Origin: Elusimicrobiota bacterium
Lineage (GTDB): Bacteria > Elusimicrobiota > Elusimicrobia > UBA1565 > UBA9628
Direction: 5' to 3'
Length of the DNA: 18,459 nt
Assembly: GCA_027319565.1 (NCBI GenBank)
Contig: DAHVNA010000038.1
Coordinates: 1-18,459 of the forward strand
Shown here: in pieces, positions 6,694-16,885 of the stretch
Layout of the letters: each line of letters starts with the position of its first letter
How positions within the stretch are numbered: position 1 is the first letter of the stretch
The notes under the pieces: generated by a model
The model's input: the letters and a program-made list of their open reading frames with translations, nothing else
What the model was told of the DNA's origin: nothing
Database searches by the model: none
Made by a program: the position numbers and the translations under genes

Positions 6694-8247
6694 TCAATAG
6701 GCCGCCGCGACAATCACGCATTGGGAGGTCAAACGCCCCGTCCAGATGCATTTCCCCTCCCCCCTCGCCTGGGGCGGCAATTCTTCGACAAAAGGGATGC
6801 AGCGAATGGTTGTCTCAAAACGCTTAGAGAGCGCCTCTTCATCTTGAGTGTCGCCCGCCCAATGGACCAAGGCAAAACCGCCTCCGGCTTTGAAAAATTT
6901 TTCAAGCTCATCAAGGCTGTTAATGAACTGGGTGCGCGACTTCTGAAGCGTTCGGGCTCTTTGCAAAAGTTCTTTCTGCATGGTTTCCAAAATTGGCTTG
7001 ACCGCGCTTAAAGCCTCGGCCCTCGGCAGAAATGATTTGCGGCGGCGCCTTAAATCTTCCGGAGTTTCATTGGCCTCTTCCAAGACGAAACGGCGGGCCA
7101 AGCACAAGGAGCCTTTTTCGATATCCTTGGGGCCGATTTCAATGCGCAACGGAACGCCCTTGGCCTCCCACTCATAATATTTAGCGCCCGGCATCAACCC
7201 GTCCCGATCATCCAAACGCGCCGAAATGCCTTGAGATTTAAGCTCCGCTAGAACCGCGCGGCTTTCCTCTAGTGTCTTCGCTCTCTCCTCGTCGTTTTTA
7301 TAAATTGGAATAATAATGACTTGAATGGGAGCCAACTTGGGAGGCAAAATCAGCCCCTGATCATCGGAGTGAGTCATGATTAATGCCCCGATTAAGCGCG
7401 TGCTGACTCCCCAGCTGGTGGCATAAACGTACTCCAGTTTCCCTTCTTTATTTAAAAATTTGACATCCGCGCTTTTCGAGAAATTTTGCCCGAGGTAATG
7501 GCTGGTCCCCATCTGAAGAGCTTTTCCGTCTTGCATCATCGCCTCGATGCATAAAGTATCAACGGCTCCGGCGAAACGCTCGCCCGGGGTTTTATGGCCG
7601 CGGATCACGGGAACGGCCATGACATTCTCGGCAAAATCGGCATAAACCTCAAGCATCCGAAAAGCCTCTTCAAGAGCTTCTTTTTCAGTTGAGTGCGCGG
7701 TATGACCTTCCTGCCATAAAAACTCGGCGGTTCTTAAAAAAAGGCGCGGGCGCATTTCCCAGCGAACCACATTGGCCCATTGGTTAATTAAAAGCGGCAA
7801 ATCGCGATAACTTTCAACCCAGGATTTATATTGCGCCCAAATGATGGTTTCGCTGGTGGGACGGACCACCAAGGGCTCTTCTAATTCAGACTCCGGATCG
7901 ACGATAACTTCGCCGTCTTTCGATTTAAGCCGGTGATGAGTCACCACCGCGCATTCCTTGGCAAAACCGGAGGCATGTTTTTCTTCCCTGGAAAAATAGG
8001 AAAGCGGGATAAAAAGCGGGAAATAAGCGTTGACATGGCCCGTCTCTTTGAAGCGGAAATCAAGCTCTTTTTGCATGATCTCCCAAATCGCGTAGCCATG
8101 GGGCTTAATGACCATGCAGCCGCGAACCCCGGAATGTTCCGCCAAATCCCCGCGCTTAACGACGTCTAAATACCACTGCGAATAATCCTTGGAGCGCGGA
8201 GTTATTCCTTCTTTGGAAGACGCCGCCCCTTTGGTTTGGGAATTCAT
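6694..8247 (-). CDS. proS: Proline--tRNA ligase, eukaryote/archaea-like type
   Basis: DYSQWYLDVV, VRPTSET, QWANVVRWEMRPRLFLRTAEFLWQEGHT, GTSHYLGQNF, SWGVSTRLIGA, TIRCIP and a C-terminal Tyr. No INS editing domain. Confidence 0.97.
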   Translation of the reverse strand: MNSQTKGAASSKEGITPRSKDYSQWYLDVVKRGDLAEHSGVRGCMVIKPHGYAIWEIMQKELDFRFKETGHVNAYFPLFIPLSYFSREEKHASGFAKECAVVTHHRLKSKDGEVIVDPESELEEPLVVRPTSETIIWAQYKSWVESYRDLPLLINQWANVVRWEMRPRLFLRTAEFLWQEGHTAHSTEKEALEEAFRMLEVYADFAENVMAVPVIRGHKTPGERFAGAVDTLCIEAMMQDGKALQMGTSHYLGQNFSKSADVKFLNKEGKLEYVYATSWGVSTRLIGALIMTHSDDQGLILPPKLAPIQVIIIPIYKNDEERAKTLEESRAVLAELKSQGISARLDDRDGLMPGAKYYEWEAKGVPLRIEIGPKDIEKGSLCLARRFVLEEANETPEDLRRRRKSFLPRAEALSAVKPILETMQKELLQRARTLQKSRTQFINSLDELEKFFKAGGGFALVHWAGDTQDEEALSKRFETTIRCIPFVEELPPQARGEGKCIWTGRLTSQCVIVAAAY

Positions 8248-9356
8248 TTCTGGGAGGCCGGAGCCGACGCGGAAGCCGCGTGAATCAAGGCCGAGGAGGA
8301 TTTTCCGCGCAAGCGAAGGATATCATTATAAGTCGCAAAGAGAAGAAGCGAAACCAGAAAAACAATTCCGACTTTGTTGGTCGCCTCGATTAATCCTTGG
8401 GTGAGCTTCCTTCCCGAAATGCCCTCCCAAATATAGAGGGCCGCGTGTCCGCCGTCTAAAAGCGGAACCGGAAGAAAATTAAAAAACCCGATGGCCACAG
8501 AGATAAGGCCAATCAAGAAGAAAAGATCGTCGACCCCGGAATGGGCGGCCTTAGAAACCATTTGCATGATTCCCACCGGCCCCGCCAAATCAGGGCGCTC
8601 TCTTTTAGCGATTTTAGTGTAAAGCGTTTTGACCGTCAGCGCCGTAATGTCCCAGCACTGTTTGGCCCCGGCCTTGGCCGAAGCGAAAAAGCCTAGTTTT
8701 TCAGTGATGGTTTCCGGAACAATTCCAATCACGCCGTACCCTGTCTGTGGATCTTCCTTGGGGACGATTTGAATGGTCGCGCTTGCGTCTCCGCGGCTGT
8801 AAGTTAACTCAACGGATTTTCCGGAATCTTGATGGACCAGGTCCGCCATTTCTTTCCAGGTCGAAATCTTTGTCCCATTGATTGAATCAATGACGTCTCC
8901 GATTTTAAGTCCGGCCTGGGCCGCCGGATAACTGGTTAGCATGTCTCCGATAATCGGTTTAGAGCTCGGCTTAATTTCGCCTTTTAAAAAAATAAGCCCG
9001 GTGAAAACGCAAAAAGCCAAAACGTAATTCATGATCGGCCCCGCCATGACAATGGCCACCCGGCGCTGCCAGGACTGGGAAAAATATTCATCTGGCTTTC
9101 CCGTTCCCTCGAACATGTCTTCTCCGGCGGGCTTGACATATCCGCCCAGCGGAAGAGCGCACACCGCAAAATGGGTTCCTTTTTTGTCGGTCACCCCAAA
9201 AAGTTCCGGCCCCATTCCAAAAGCGAACTTTTCCACGCGAACGCCGAGGCGGCGACAAACGAAAAAATGCCCGGACTCATGAAGAAAAATGACGAGCCCA
9301 AAAGTAAAAACAATCGCTGCGGCGGATTGAAGAGTCGACAAGAGGTGAATCATCAT
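8244..9356 (-). CDS. rseP: RIP intramembrane zinc metalloprotease RseP (M50, one PDZ domain)
   Basis: HESGH, PLGGYVK, AGPIMN, PDZ (AAQAGLKIGDVI), GPVGI, NFLPVPLLDGGH. ATG at 9356 overlaps the dxr stop (ATGA). Confidence 0.95.
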   Translation of the reverse strand: MMIHLLSTLQSAAAIVFTFGLVIFLHESGHFFVCRRLGVRVEKFAFGMGPELFGVTDKKGTHFAVCALPLGGYVKPAGEDMFEGTGKPDEYFSQSWQRRVAIVMAGPIMNYVLAFCVFTGLIFLKGEIKPSSKPIIGDMLTSYPAAQAGLKIGDVIDSINGTKISTWKEMADLVHQDSGKSVELTYSRGDASATIQIVPKEDPQTGYGVIGIVPETITEKLGFFASAKAGAKQCWDITALTVKTLYTKIAKRERPDLAGPVGIMQMVSKAAHSGVDDLFFLIGLISVAIGFFNFLPVPLLDGGHAALYIWEGISGRKLTQGLIEATNKVGIVFLVSLLLFATYNDILRLRGKSSSALIHAASASAPASQK

Positions 9357-10534
9357 AATTGGCGCGTTATCTCCTCCGCCTTTTGGCGGGCCCATTGATC
9401 GATTTCGACGACTTCGGAAAGACTCGGATGAGAATTTCTCGGCTTAAACTTTTTCATCGTTTTTTCGATTAAGCGCGGAATATCGGTAAATTTAATCTTG
9501 CTTTGAATAAAGGCGTCGACGGCGACTTCATCGGCGGCGTTGAGCACCGCCTCAAGCCCGCCGCCTTTTCTAGCCGCTTCCGCCGCCAAGGAAAGACAGG
9601 GAAAGCGGTGAAAATCGGGCTTTTCAAAGGTGAGAGAGCCTATCTCAGCCAAATTGAGAGGCTTGACGACTTGTTTTCCGCGCTGGGGATAAGTCATCGC
9701 GTATTCAATCGGAAGCCGCATGTCCGGCAAGGACATTTGCGCCAAAACCGAGCCGTCGGAAAATTCAACCGCCGAATGGATAATGGACTGATGATGAATG
9801 ACGATCTCGATTTGGGAATAATTGAGGCCAAACAAATTCATAATCTCGATAGACTCAAAACCCTTATTCATCAAGGTGGCGCAATCAAGGGTGATTTTTC
9901 TGCCCATCTTCCAGGTCGGATGCTTTAAAGCCTCTTCCACGCTGACTTGACTCAAAGAGCCTTTTCTTCGGTAAAACGCCCCGCCCGAAGCCGTCAAAAA
10001 AACCCGGCGAATGATTTTGGAAAAAGGCTCTTTTCCCCCGCGCCTTTCCCGCTCGCCTTGAACGCATTGAAAAATAGCCGAGGGCTCGGAATCAACCGGA
10101 ACGATTTTAGCCTGCCATCTTTCCGCCTCTTTCATAAACTGCGCGCCGGCCATGACCATAGGCTCTTTATTGGCCAAAGCGATCGTTTTTCCGGCCCGAA
10201 TGGCGGCAAGCAAGGGCGCAAAACCCACGCCGCCCACCAAACTCGTCAAAACGATATCGACTTGAGGGTCAGACGCCATTTGAACCAAGCCCTCGACTCC
10301 CGAGGGAAGATATCGGCAAGAGCCGTTGAGGCGTCCGCGAAATTTCTCGGAAGCCTCGGAATCAAAAAGAGAAACCAGGGAAGGCTTAAATTTTTTAGCC
10401 TGCTTAAGCAAGAGTTCGGCGTTTGAGTGCGCGGCAAGCCCGGCGACGCTTAATTCCCCGGGGATTTTAGAAACCACATCCAAGGCGTTGACGCCGATAG
10501 AACCTGTCGAACCTAAAATAGCGAGTCGTTTCAT
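9353..10534 (-). CDS. dxr: 1-deoxy-D-xylulose 5-phosphate reductoisomerase
   Basis: ILGSTGSIG, ALANKE, PVDSE, LTASGG, HPTWKMGRKI, MNKGFE, PDMRLPI. ATG at 10534 overlaps the cdsA stop (ATGA). Confidence 0.96.
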   Translation of the reverse strand: MKRLAILGSTGSIGVNALDVVSKIPGELSVAGLAAHSNAELLLKQAKKFKPSLVSLFDSEASEKFRGRLNGSCRYLPSGVEGLVQMASDPQVDIVLTSLVGGVGFAPLLAAIRAGKTIALANKEPMVMAGAQFMKEAERWQAKIVPVDSEPSAIFQCVQGERERRGGKEPFSKIIRRVFLTASGGAFYRRKGSLSQVSVEEALKHPTWKMGRKITLDCATLMNKGFESIEIMNLFGLNYSQIEIVIHHQSIIHSAVEFSDGSVLAQMSLPDMRLPIEYAMTYPQRGKQVVKPLNLAEIGSLTFEKPDFHRFPCLSLAAEAARKGGGLEAVLNAADEVAVDAFIQSKIKFTDIPRLIEKTMKKFKPRNSHPSLSEVVEIDQWARQKAEEITRQL

Positions 10535-11313
10535 TTTAATATCAGCCAATAATAAACCGCCGGCGCGGCCAGAAAAAAAGAATCAAAACGATCTAGAATT
10601 CCTCCGTGCCCGGGCAAGAGAGCGCCGGAGTCTTTCGCTCCCAAGGCTCTCTTAATCATAGATTCTGCCAAATCTGATAGCTGTCCCGCTACAGAAATGA
10701 TAATGCCAACTCCCAGCGCCTTGACAAGGCTTATTTGAGCGGGATAAAAATAATAGAATCCGTAGGCGACTCCTAAAGCGGTTAAAGATCCGGCAATCGC
10801 GCCTTCCCAGGTTTTTTTAGGGCTTAAAGCCGACAGTTGATGGCGTCCCAATAAATGCCCCGCGACATAAGCCGCGGAATCCATAGCCCAAATCGAGACA
10901 AACAAAAGAAAAGTCAGGCGCTCTCCGTTGGAATTGAGATTGCGAATCAAGGCCATGTAAGGCGGAAAAAGCCCGAGCCACAAAACTCCAAACAAGGTCA
11001 AAGCCGCTCGATCCAGAGAATAGCGCACGGCGGAAGAGCTCATTTCCCTCAGGAAAATAAGAACCATCACCGCAAAAACCCCAAAAGAGGTCGAGCCGCC
11101 TAATACTTCGTTGACAGCGAGAAAGCTTCCCAAAATAACGCAGCTCAAATTCTGAACCGGGCGTTTAGCCAAACTCAAGAGCATTTCATACTCATAGAGA
11201 CAAAGAAAGGATACGATGACCGCAAACAAGGAAAAGGTCATTGCGCCTAGGTGAATCAGAAGAATCAACGCGGGCAGGCCGACAAAAATGGTCAGAAGCC
11301 TTGGCAAAAGCAT
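10531..11313 (-). CDS. cdsA: Phosphatidate cytidylyltransferase
   Basis: Multi-TM protein with DSAAY, SPKKTWEG, DLAESMIKR, KDSGALLPGHGGILDRFDS. Confidence 0.96.
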   Translation of the reverse strand: MLLPRLLTIFVGLPALILLIHLGAMTFSLFAVIVSFLCLYEYEMLLSLAKRPVQNLSCVILGSFLAVNEVLGGSTSFGVFAVMVLIFLREMSSSAVRYSLDRAALTLFGVLWLGLFPPYMALIRNLNSNGERLTFLLFVSIWAMDSAAYVAGHLLGRHQLSALSPKKTWEGAIAGSLTALGVAYGFYYFYPAQISLVKALGVGIIISVAGQLSDLAESMIKRALGAKDSGALLPGHGGILDRFDSFFLAAPAVYYWLILK

Positions 11314-11316
11314 TCG

Positions 11317-12087
11317 CTACAGCCCCCCAAAGCGTCTTTGCCGGGACTGGAAATCTCGAATCGCCGCTAGAAGGTCTTCTCGCCTAAAATCGGGCCAGAG
11401 AACGGGGGTCACATAAATTTCCGCATAGGCTATTTGCCAAAGAAGAAAATTTGAGACGCGGTTTTCCCCCGAGGTGCGAATTAATAAGTCGGGATCGGGA
11501 ATATCGGCGCTGTAAAGAGAGTCTGAAATGTCTTTTTCCGACACGATTTTTTTTCCTTGCGAAATCAGTTTATTGACCGCGTCGGTAATTTCTTGCCTAG
11601 AGCCGTAATTGAGCGCCAGATTGAGAATCAAGCCGGTGTTTTTCCCGAGGAACTCGACCGAACGCGCCAATGATTTTTGAAGATGAGCCGGAAGAGCTTC
11701 TATTTTCCCAGAAATTTTAAGGCGCACGTTGTTTTTTGCGAGTTCCGGCGTTTCTTTTTCAAGAGCGCGACCGAGAATTCCCATGAGATCGCTAATCTCT
11801 TCCTTGGGCCGCCGCCAATTCTCCGTGGAAAAGGAATAAAGGGTCAAAACCTCTATTTTAAAATCCGCGCAAGCCCGGACGATTTCCCTGACAGATTCAA
11901 CCCCGGCGTTGTGGCCTATGGCGCGAGGAAGATTTCTTTTTTTAGCCCAGCGCCCGTTTCCATCCATGATGATGGCAATATGCTTGGGCAGCGAAGATGA
12001 GTCTAAAACCTCGGCGGGAGCTTTGTCTAAAGACTTTTTATTGCGGGAAAAAATAGAATTTTTCCAAAACCCCGTCCTAGTCGTCAT
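11317..12087 (-). CDS. uppS: Undecaprenyl diphosphate synthase (cis-isoprenyl transferase)
   Basis: PKHIAIIMDGNGRWA, YSFSTENWRRP, ALNYGSR, DPDLLIRTSGENRVSNFLLWQ, RRFGG. Exact start uncertain. Confidence 0.97.
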   Translation of the reverse strand: MTTRTGFWKNSIFSRNKKSLDKAPAEVLDSSSLPKHIAIIMDGNGRWAKKRNLPRAIGHNAGVESVREIVRACADFKIEVLTLYSFSTENWRRPKEEISDLMGILGRALEKETPELAKNNVRLKISGKIEALPAHLQKSLARSVEFLGKNTGLILNLALNYGSRQEITDAVNKLISQGKKIVSEKDISDSLYSADIPDPDLLIRTSGENRVSNFLLWQIAYAEIYVTPVLWPDFRREDLLAAIRDFQSRQRRFGGL

Positions 12088-12111
12088 TCGGACTTTATCG
12101 GCCTCAATTGG

Positions 12112-12684
12112 TCAGATAGTGGAAATTTCCTGTTCTTTGGCCACCGTCTGTTGGTCTACTTTTTGAATGTATGAATCCGTTATTTTTTGGACCCGCGCTT
12201 CAAGGGCTTTCACGTCGTCTTGGGAAATTTCCTTGGCCTTTTCCGCCTTGCGAATGAGATCCAAAGCCGCATGACGTTCATTGCGGACGGCAACGCGAAA
12301 TTCTTCTCCCAATTTTTTTGCCAGTTTAATTAAGTCTTTTCGTCTCTCTTCAGTCATCGTCGGCAAGGCCAGCCGAAGCATTTTTCCGTCATTTTGCGGC
12401 AAAGCCCCCAAATCGGCCTTCTGAATGGCTTTTTCAAGATCGGTTAAGACGGAAGGGTCCCAAGGGCGAATTTCAAGCACGCGGGCCTCGGGAACGGAAA
12501 TCGCCGCCACCTGCTTGAGCGGCACGGCTTGGCCGTAATACTCGACCTTGACGCTTTCAAGAATCAGGGGGTTGGCTCTTCCAGTGCGCATGACTGAAAA
12601 TTCCTTAGCCAATTTCTGAAGGCGGTCTTTCATCGCCTCTTCCATCTTGACCAGAATTGAATTTACCGCTTCTGTCACCGGCAT
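12112..12684 (-). CDS. frr: Ribosome recycling factor
   Basis: RTGRANP, VEYYG, PTMTEERRKDL, RVAVRNER; position between pyrH and uppS. Confidence 0.97.
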   Translation of the reverse strand: MPVTEAVNSILVKMEEAMKDRLQKLAKEFSVMRTGRANPLILESVKVEYYGQAVPLKQVAAISVPEARVLEIRPWDPSVLTDLEKAIQKADLGALPQNDGKMLRLALPTMTEERRKDLIKLAKKLGEEFRVAVRNERHAALDLIRKAEKAKEISQDDVKALEARVQKITDSYIQKVDQQTVAKEQEISTI

Positions 12685-12693
12685 ACTTTTCTC

Positions 12694-14303
<1,610 letters not shown>

Positions 14304-15125
14304 TTAAGCCTCCGGGACTGTTTGAGTGGTCTCTTCCGAGACCATTCCCTCTTCTTCCATTGAGACTTCCTCTTCTGAATTGGTTTCGGACTGAAGCATT
14401 TCATTTTCAGCGTTCTCGACGCTCGCCGGCTGTTGAGCGGAGCGCTCGGCTCGGCCCTCCAAAATGGCATCCGCCATAAGAGAGCAGAAAAATTTTATCG
14501 AGCGGGCCGCGTCGTCATTTCCGGGAATTGGATAATCAATTAAATCGGGGTCGCAGTCGGTGTCGCAAACGGCGACGACGCTGATATTCAATCGTTTAGC
14601 CTCGGCGATAGACAACTCTTCTTCAACCGGGTCCACGACAAAGAGAACGTTGGGGAGTTTGTCCATGTTTCGGATTCCCGCGAGATTTCTGCTCAACTTG
14701 CTCATTTCCTTAGAGAGTCTCGACGCCTCTTTTTTGCTAATCACCTTAAAGAGCCCGTCGGTTTGCCACTTCTCAAGCTCTTCAAGCCTTTTGACGGATT
14801 TTCGGAGAGTGGAAAAATTCGTCAGCGTTCCGCCCAGCCATTTTTCGGCGGCATATGAAACCTGCGCCCGCTGCGCTTCGGTTTTGATGATTTCCTGGGC
14901 TTGTTTTTTAGTTCCGACAAACAGGAAAGTCTTTCCCTCGGCGGACTGATCTTTCACAAAAGAATAGGCTTTCTTGATTTCTTTCACCGTTTTCTGCAAA
15001 TCAATGATGTGGATATTATTGCGCGCACCAAAAATAAAGCGCGACATCTTGGGGTTCCAGCGCCAGGTCTGATGACCAAAATGGACGCCGGCTTCAAGCA
15101 AGGACTTCATCGGAATGTTATTCAC
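14304..15125 (-). CDS. rpsB: 30S ribosomal protein S2
   Basis: [57 protein letters not shown] start with AGGAGAGGT SD; acidic C-terminal tail. Confidence 0.98.
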   Translation of the reverse strand: MNNIPMKSLLEAGVHFGHQTWRWNPKMSRFIFGARNNIHIIDLQKTVKEIKKAYSFVKDQSAEGKTFLFVGTKKQAQEIIKTEAQRAQVSYAAEKWLGGTLTNFSTLRKSVKRLEELEKWQTDGLFKVISKKEASRLSKEMSKLSRNLAGIRNMDKLPNVLFVVDPVEEELSIAEAKRLNISVVAVCDTDCDPDLIDYPIPGNDDAARSIKFFCSLMADAILEGRAERSAQQPASVENAENEMLQSETNSEEEVSMEEEGMVSEETTQTVPEA

Positions 15126-15176
15126 CTATTCTTTACCTCTCCTATTATTTAATCGCTGTCGCAACAAGCTTTTATT

Positions 15177-15185
15177 ATTGTAACA
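15177..15185 (-). promoter_or_regulatory. Candidate extended -10 promoter for the rpsB operon
   Basis: TGTTACAAT (TGn + TACAAT) on the minus strand ~50 nt upstream of the rpsB start, in the 110-nt divergent spacer. Confidence 0.5.
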
Positions 15186-15222
15186 AATAAAACGCCAAAA
15201 ATTTCTCTTCTCGGCTTTTATG

Positions 15223-15228
15223 TAAAAT
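15223..15228 (+). promoter_or_regulatory. Candidate -10 element for the lipoprotein gene
   Basis: TAAAAT ends 7 nt before ATG 15236; no clear SD or -35. Confidence 0.35.
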
Positions 15229-15235
15229 AAACGGG

Positions 15236-16078
15236 ATGTTTAATCGGCAACATTTTCGCTTCGCGGCCATAGCCGCCTTATCTTTTCTCTGCGCCTGTTC
15301 TCATTGGGCCAAAATGGGCGTCGTTTTGACTCCGCCCCGCAAGCTCAATCTAGCCATTCTCCCCATTCAATTTTCCGTTAAAATATCCAAGCGCAAGGAA
15401 ATCCAAGACGTTCCCAAGGAGGAACAAAAACTTTCTTATAAAGAGGAAGCCGCTTTGACCCAAGCGAAACTTGAAGCCATCAGCCAAAGAATGACTCGCT
15501 ACATTGGAAACCGGCTTTCGAAAAGCTATTTTTTTAACATCGTCTCCTTGGACAAAGAAATTCCGTTCGCGAATTTCCAATTGCCGACTTCCTCCGCCGC
15601 TTGGCAAGATCTCAGCCGGTCGGCCGGCGCCGCGATTTTTCTCCAAGTCCAAATCGAAGGCTATGGTCATATCAGAAAAATTTGGCTGGCCTATTTAGTT
15701 GGCAGCGGCTTAGTGGAAGGCTTGGTCGAGGGGGTTGCCGCTTCTTTCGCCTTGGGCCCCAGGCAACAGTGGATTGCGGCGGCTATCGGCGGAGAAGAGG
15801 CGCTTCAAGAAACCGCCGAATGGGTGGGAGGAGCGTATATCCTGGACCATTTTTTTACTCCGGTTATTTTAAAAGCGCGTTTGATTAACGGTCATACCGG
15901 AAAAGTTTTTTGGTCGGAAACGGCGATGGGAACCTGGGCCGGCGCGGATTTAAAGAAATTTCCGAAATCCGAGCGAAGCAAAAAACAGATCCGCCTCAAA
16001 GCCGTTTCGGAAGCCGCCCTGAGAAAATTGGCCAAGGACATTGAAAAGGCCGCGGCAAAAAACGAGAGCTTTGAGTAA
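15236..16078 (+). CDS. Putative lipoprotein of unknown function (possibly CsgG/TolB-N-like fold)
   Basis: Basic N-region, hydrophobic stretch and lipobox LCA-C (Cys21). The pattern LAILP ... AAIFLQVQIEGY ... VILKARLINGHTGKVFWS is typical of CsgG/LpoB/DUF799-like lipoproteins (inferred by eye). Confidence 0.75.
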   Translation: MFNRQHFRFAAIAALSFLCACSHWAKMGVVLTPPRKLNLAILPIQFSVKISKRKEIQDVPKEEQKLSYKEEAALTQAKLEAISQRMTRYIGNRLSKSYFFNIVSLDKEIPFANFQLPTSSAAWQDLSRSAGAAIFLQVQIEGYGHIRKIWLAYLVGSGLVEGLVEGVAASFALGPRQQWIAAAIGGEEALQETAEWVGGAYILDHFFTPVILKARLINGHTGKVFWSETAMGTWAGADLKKFPKSERSKKQIRLKAVSEAALRKLAKDIEKAAAKNESFE

Positions 16079-16106
16079 AAGCAAAAATTTATATACTCTT
16101 ATCTAA

Positions 16107-16859
16107 ATGAGACAAGAACCGTTGTCGAATTTTCGCGTAGCTCTGCTCACGTCAACATCTTCTCAAACTCAAATAAGCGAAATCGCGCACCCGCTAAAAA
16201 AATGGGGCTATAAAATTCAAGATTTTTTATTTCAAAACGGCATTCCCCCCTATTCACAAATTAAAACTTTCTCGCCCCATCTGTTGATCTGGATTGCCCC
16301 GTCTCAGAGGCTTAAGGAATTAGCTTCTTTAAAAAACCGAGACGATATCGGCGGCGTGCCGGTTCTCTGCGTTCAATCTTCGAAATCCGCAGATATATTA
16401 GCCGCCTGCCTTGACGCCGGGGCGGATGATTTCATCCATTACCCTTTTGACGCGAGAATTCTCGTGGCCCGCGCGGAAAACCTTATCCGCAGGGAACTGC
16501 GAAACGGGCGCATTCAAAATGCGTCCAAAGCGGCGCTTCAAAGCGGGAAAATCTATGTCGATCTTCTCGCGCGGGAAGTCAAATTGGGAGACAAGCCCCT
16601 CGCCTTGACCCGCTTTGAGTTCGATCTTTTGGCCTTTCTTCTAAAAAACGAGGGCGAAGCGGTCGAGCGCAAGAAAATTCTAGCCGAGGTGTGGAAATAT
16701 CCCGAGGATGTTCAAACGCGAACGCTCGACAAGCATATCGAGACCCTGCGAAAAAAATTAGGCTCCGAGTCTCGGCGTTTATCCACGGTTCACGGACTGG
16801 GTTATCGCATCGGCAAACCCGCGCTCCAAAACGCCTATGTCTATGGGTATCTCCCTTAA
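16107..16859 (+). CDS. OmpR/PhoB-family winged-helix regulator with a degenerate receiver domain
   Basis: wHTH LTRFEFDLLAFLLKN...RTLDKHIETLRKKLG...TVHGLGY. Receiver remnant LDAGADDFIHYPF; phosphorylation-site residues are not recognisable. Confidence 0.9.
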   Translation: MRQEPLSNFRVALLTSTSSQTQISEIAHPLKKWGYKIQDFLFQNGIPPYSQIKTFSPHLLIWIAPSQRLKELASLKNRDDIGGVPVLCVQSSKSADILAACLDAGADDFIHYPFDARILVARAENLIRRELRNGRIQNASKAALQSGKIYVDLLAREVKLGDKPLALTRFEFDLLAFLLKNEGEAVERKKILAEVWKYPEDVQTRTLDKHIETLRKKLGSESRRLSTVHGLGYRIGKPALQNAYVYGYLP

Positions 16860-16885
16860 GCGCACAGATAACGAAAGGAAAGGCC

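Noticed and set aside
6508..7011. 167-aa plus-strand ORF containing VIPAPTPIVIPAKVGIQ
   Set aside because: The repeat peptide is simply the translation of the REP-like palindromes, and the rest is antisense to proS.
14307..14440. Acidic low-complexity C-terminal tail of S2
   Set aside because: Common in S2 proteins of many bacterial groups.
15161..15226. GCAACAA / GTAACAA / TGTAAA as OmpR-type direct-repeat boxes
   Set aside because: The spacing does not fit the usual 10-11 bp period, and such short matches are expected in AT-rich DNA.
16691..16885. 65-aa extension of the fibre ORF overlapping the regulator (possible frameshift fusion)
   Set aside because: The regulator ends normally, and the ATG at 16886 has its own SD and begins a clean signal peptide.
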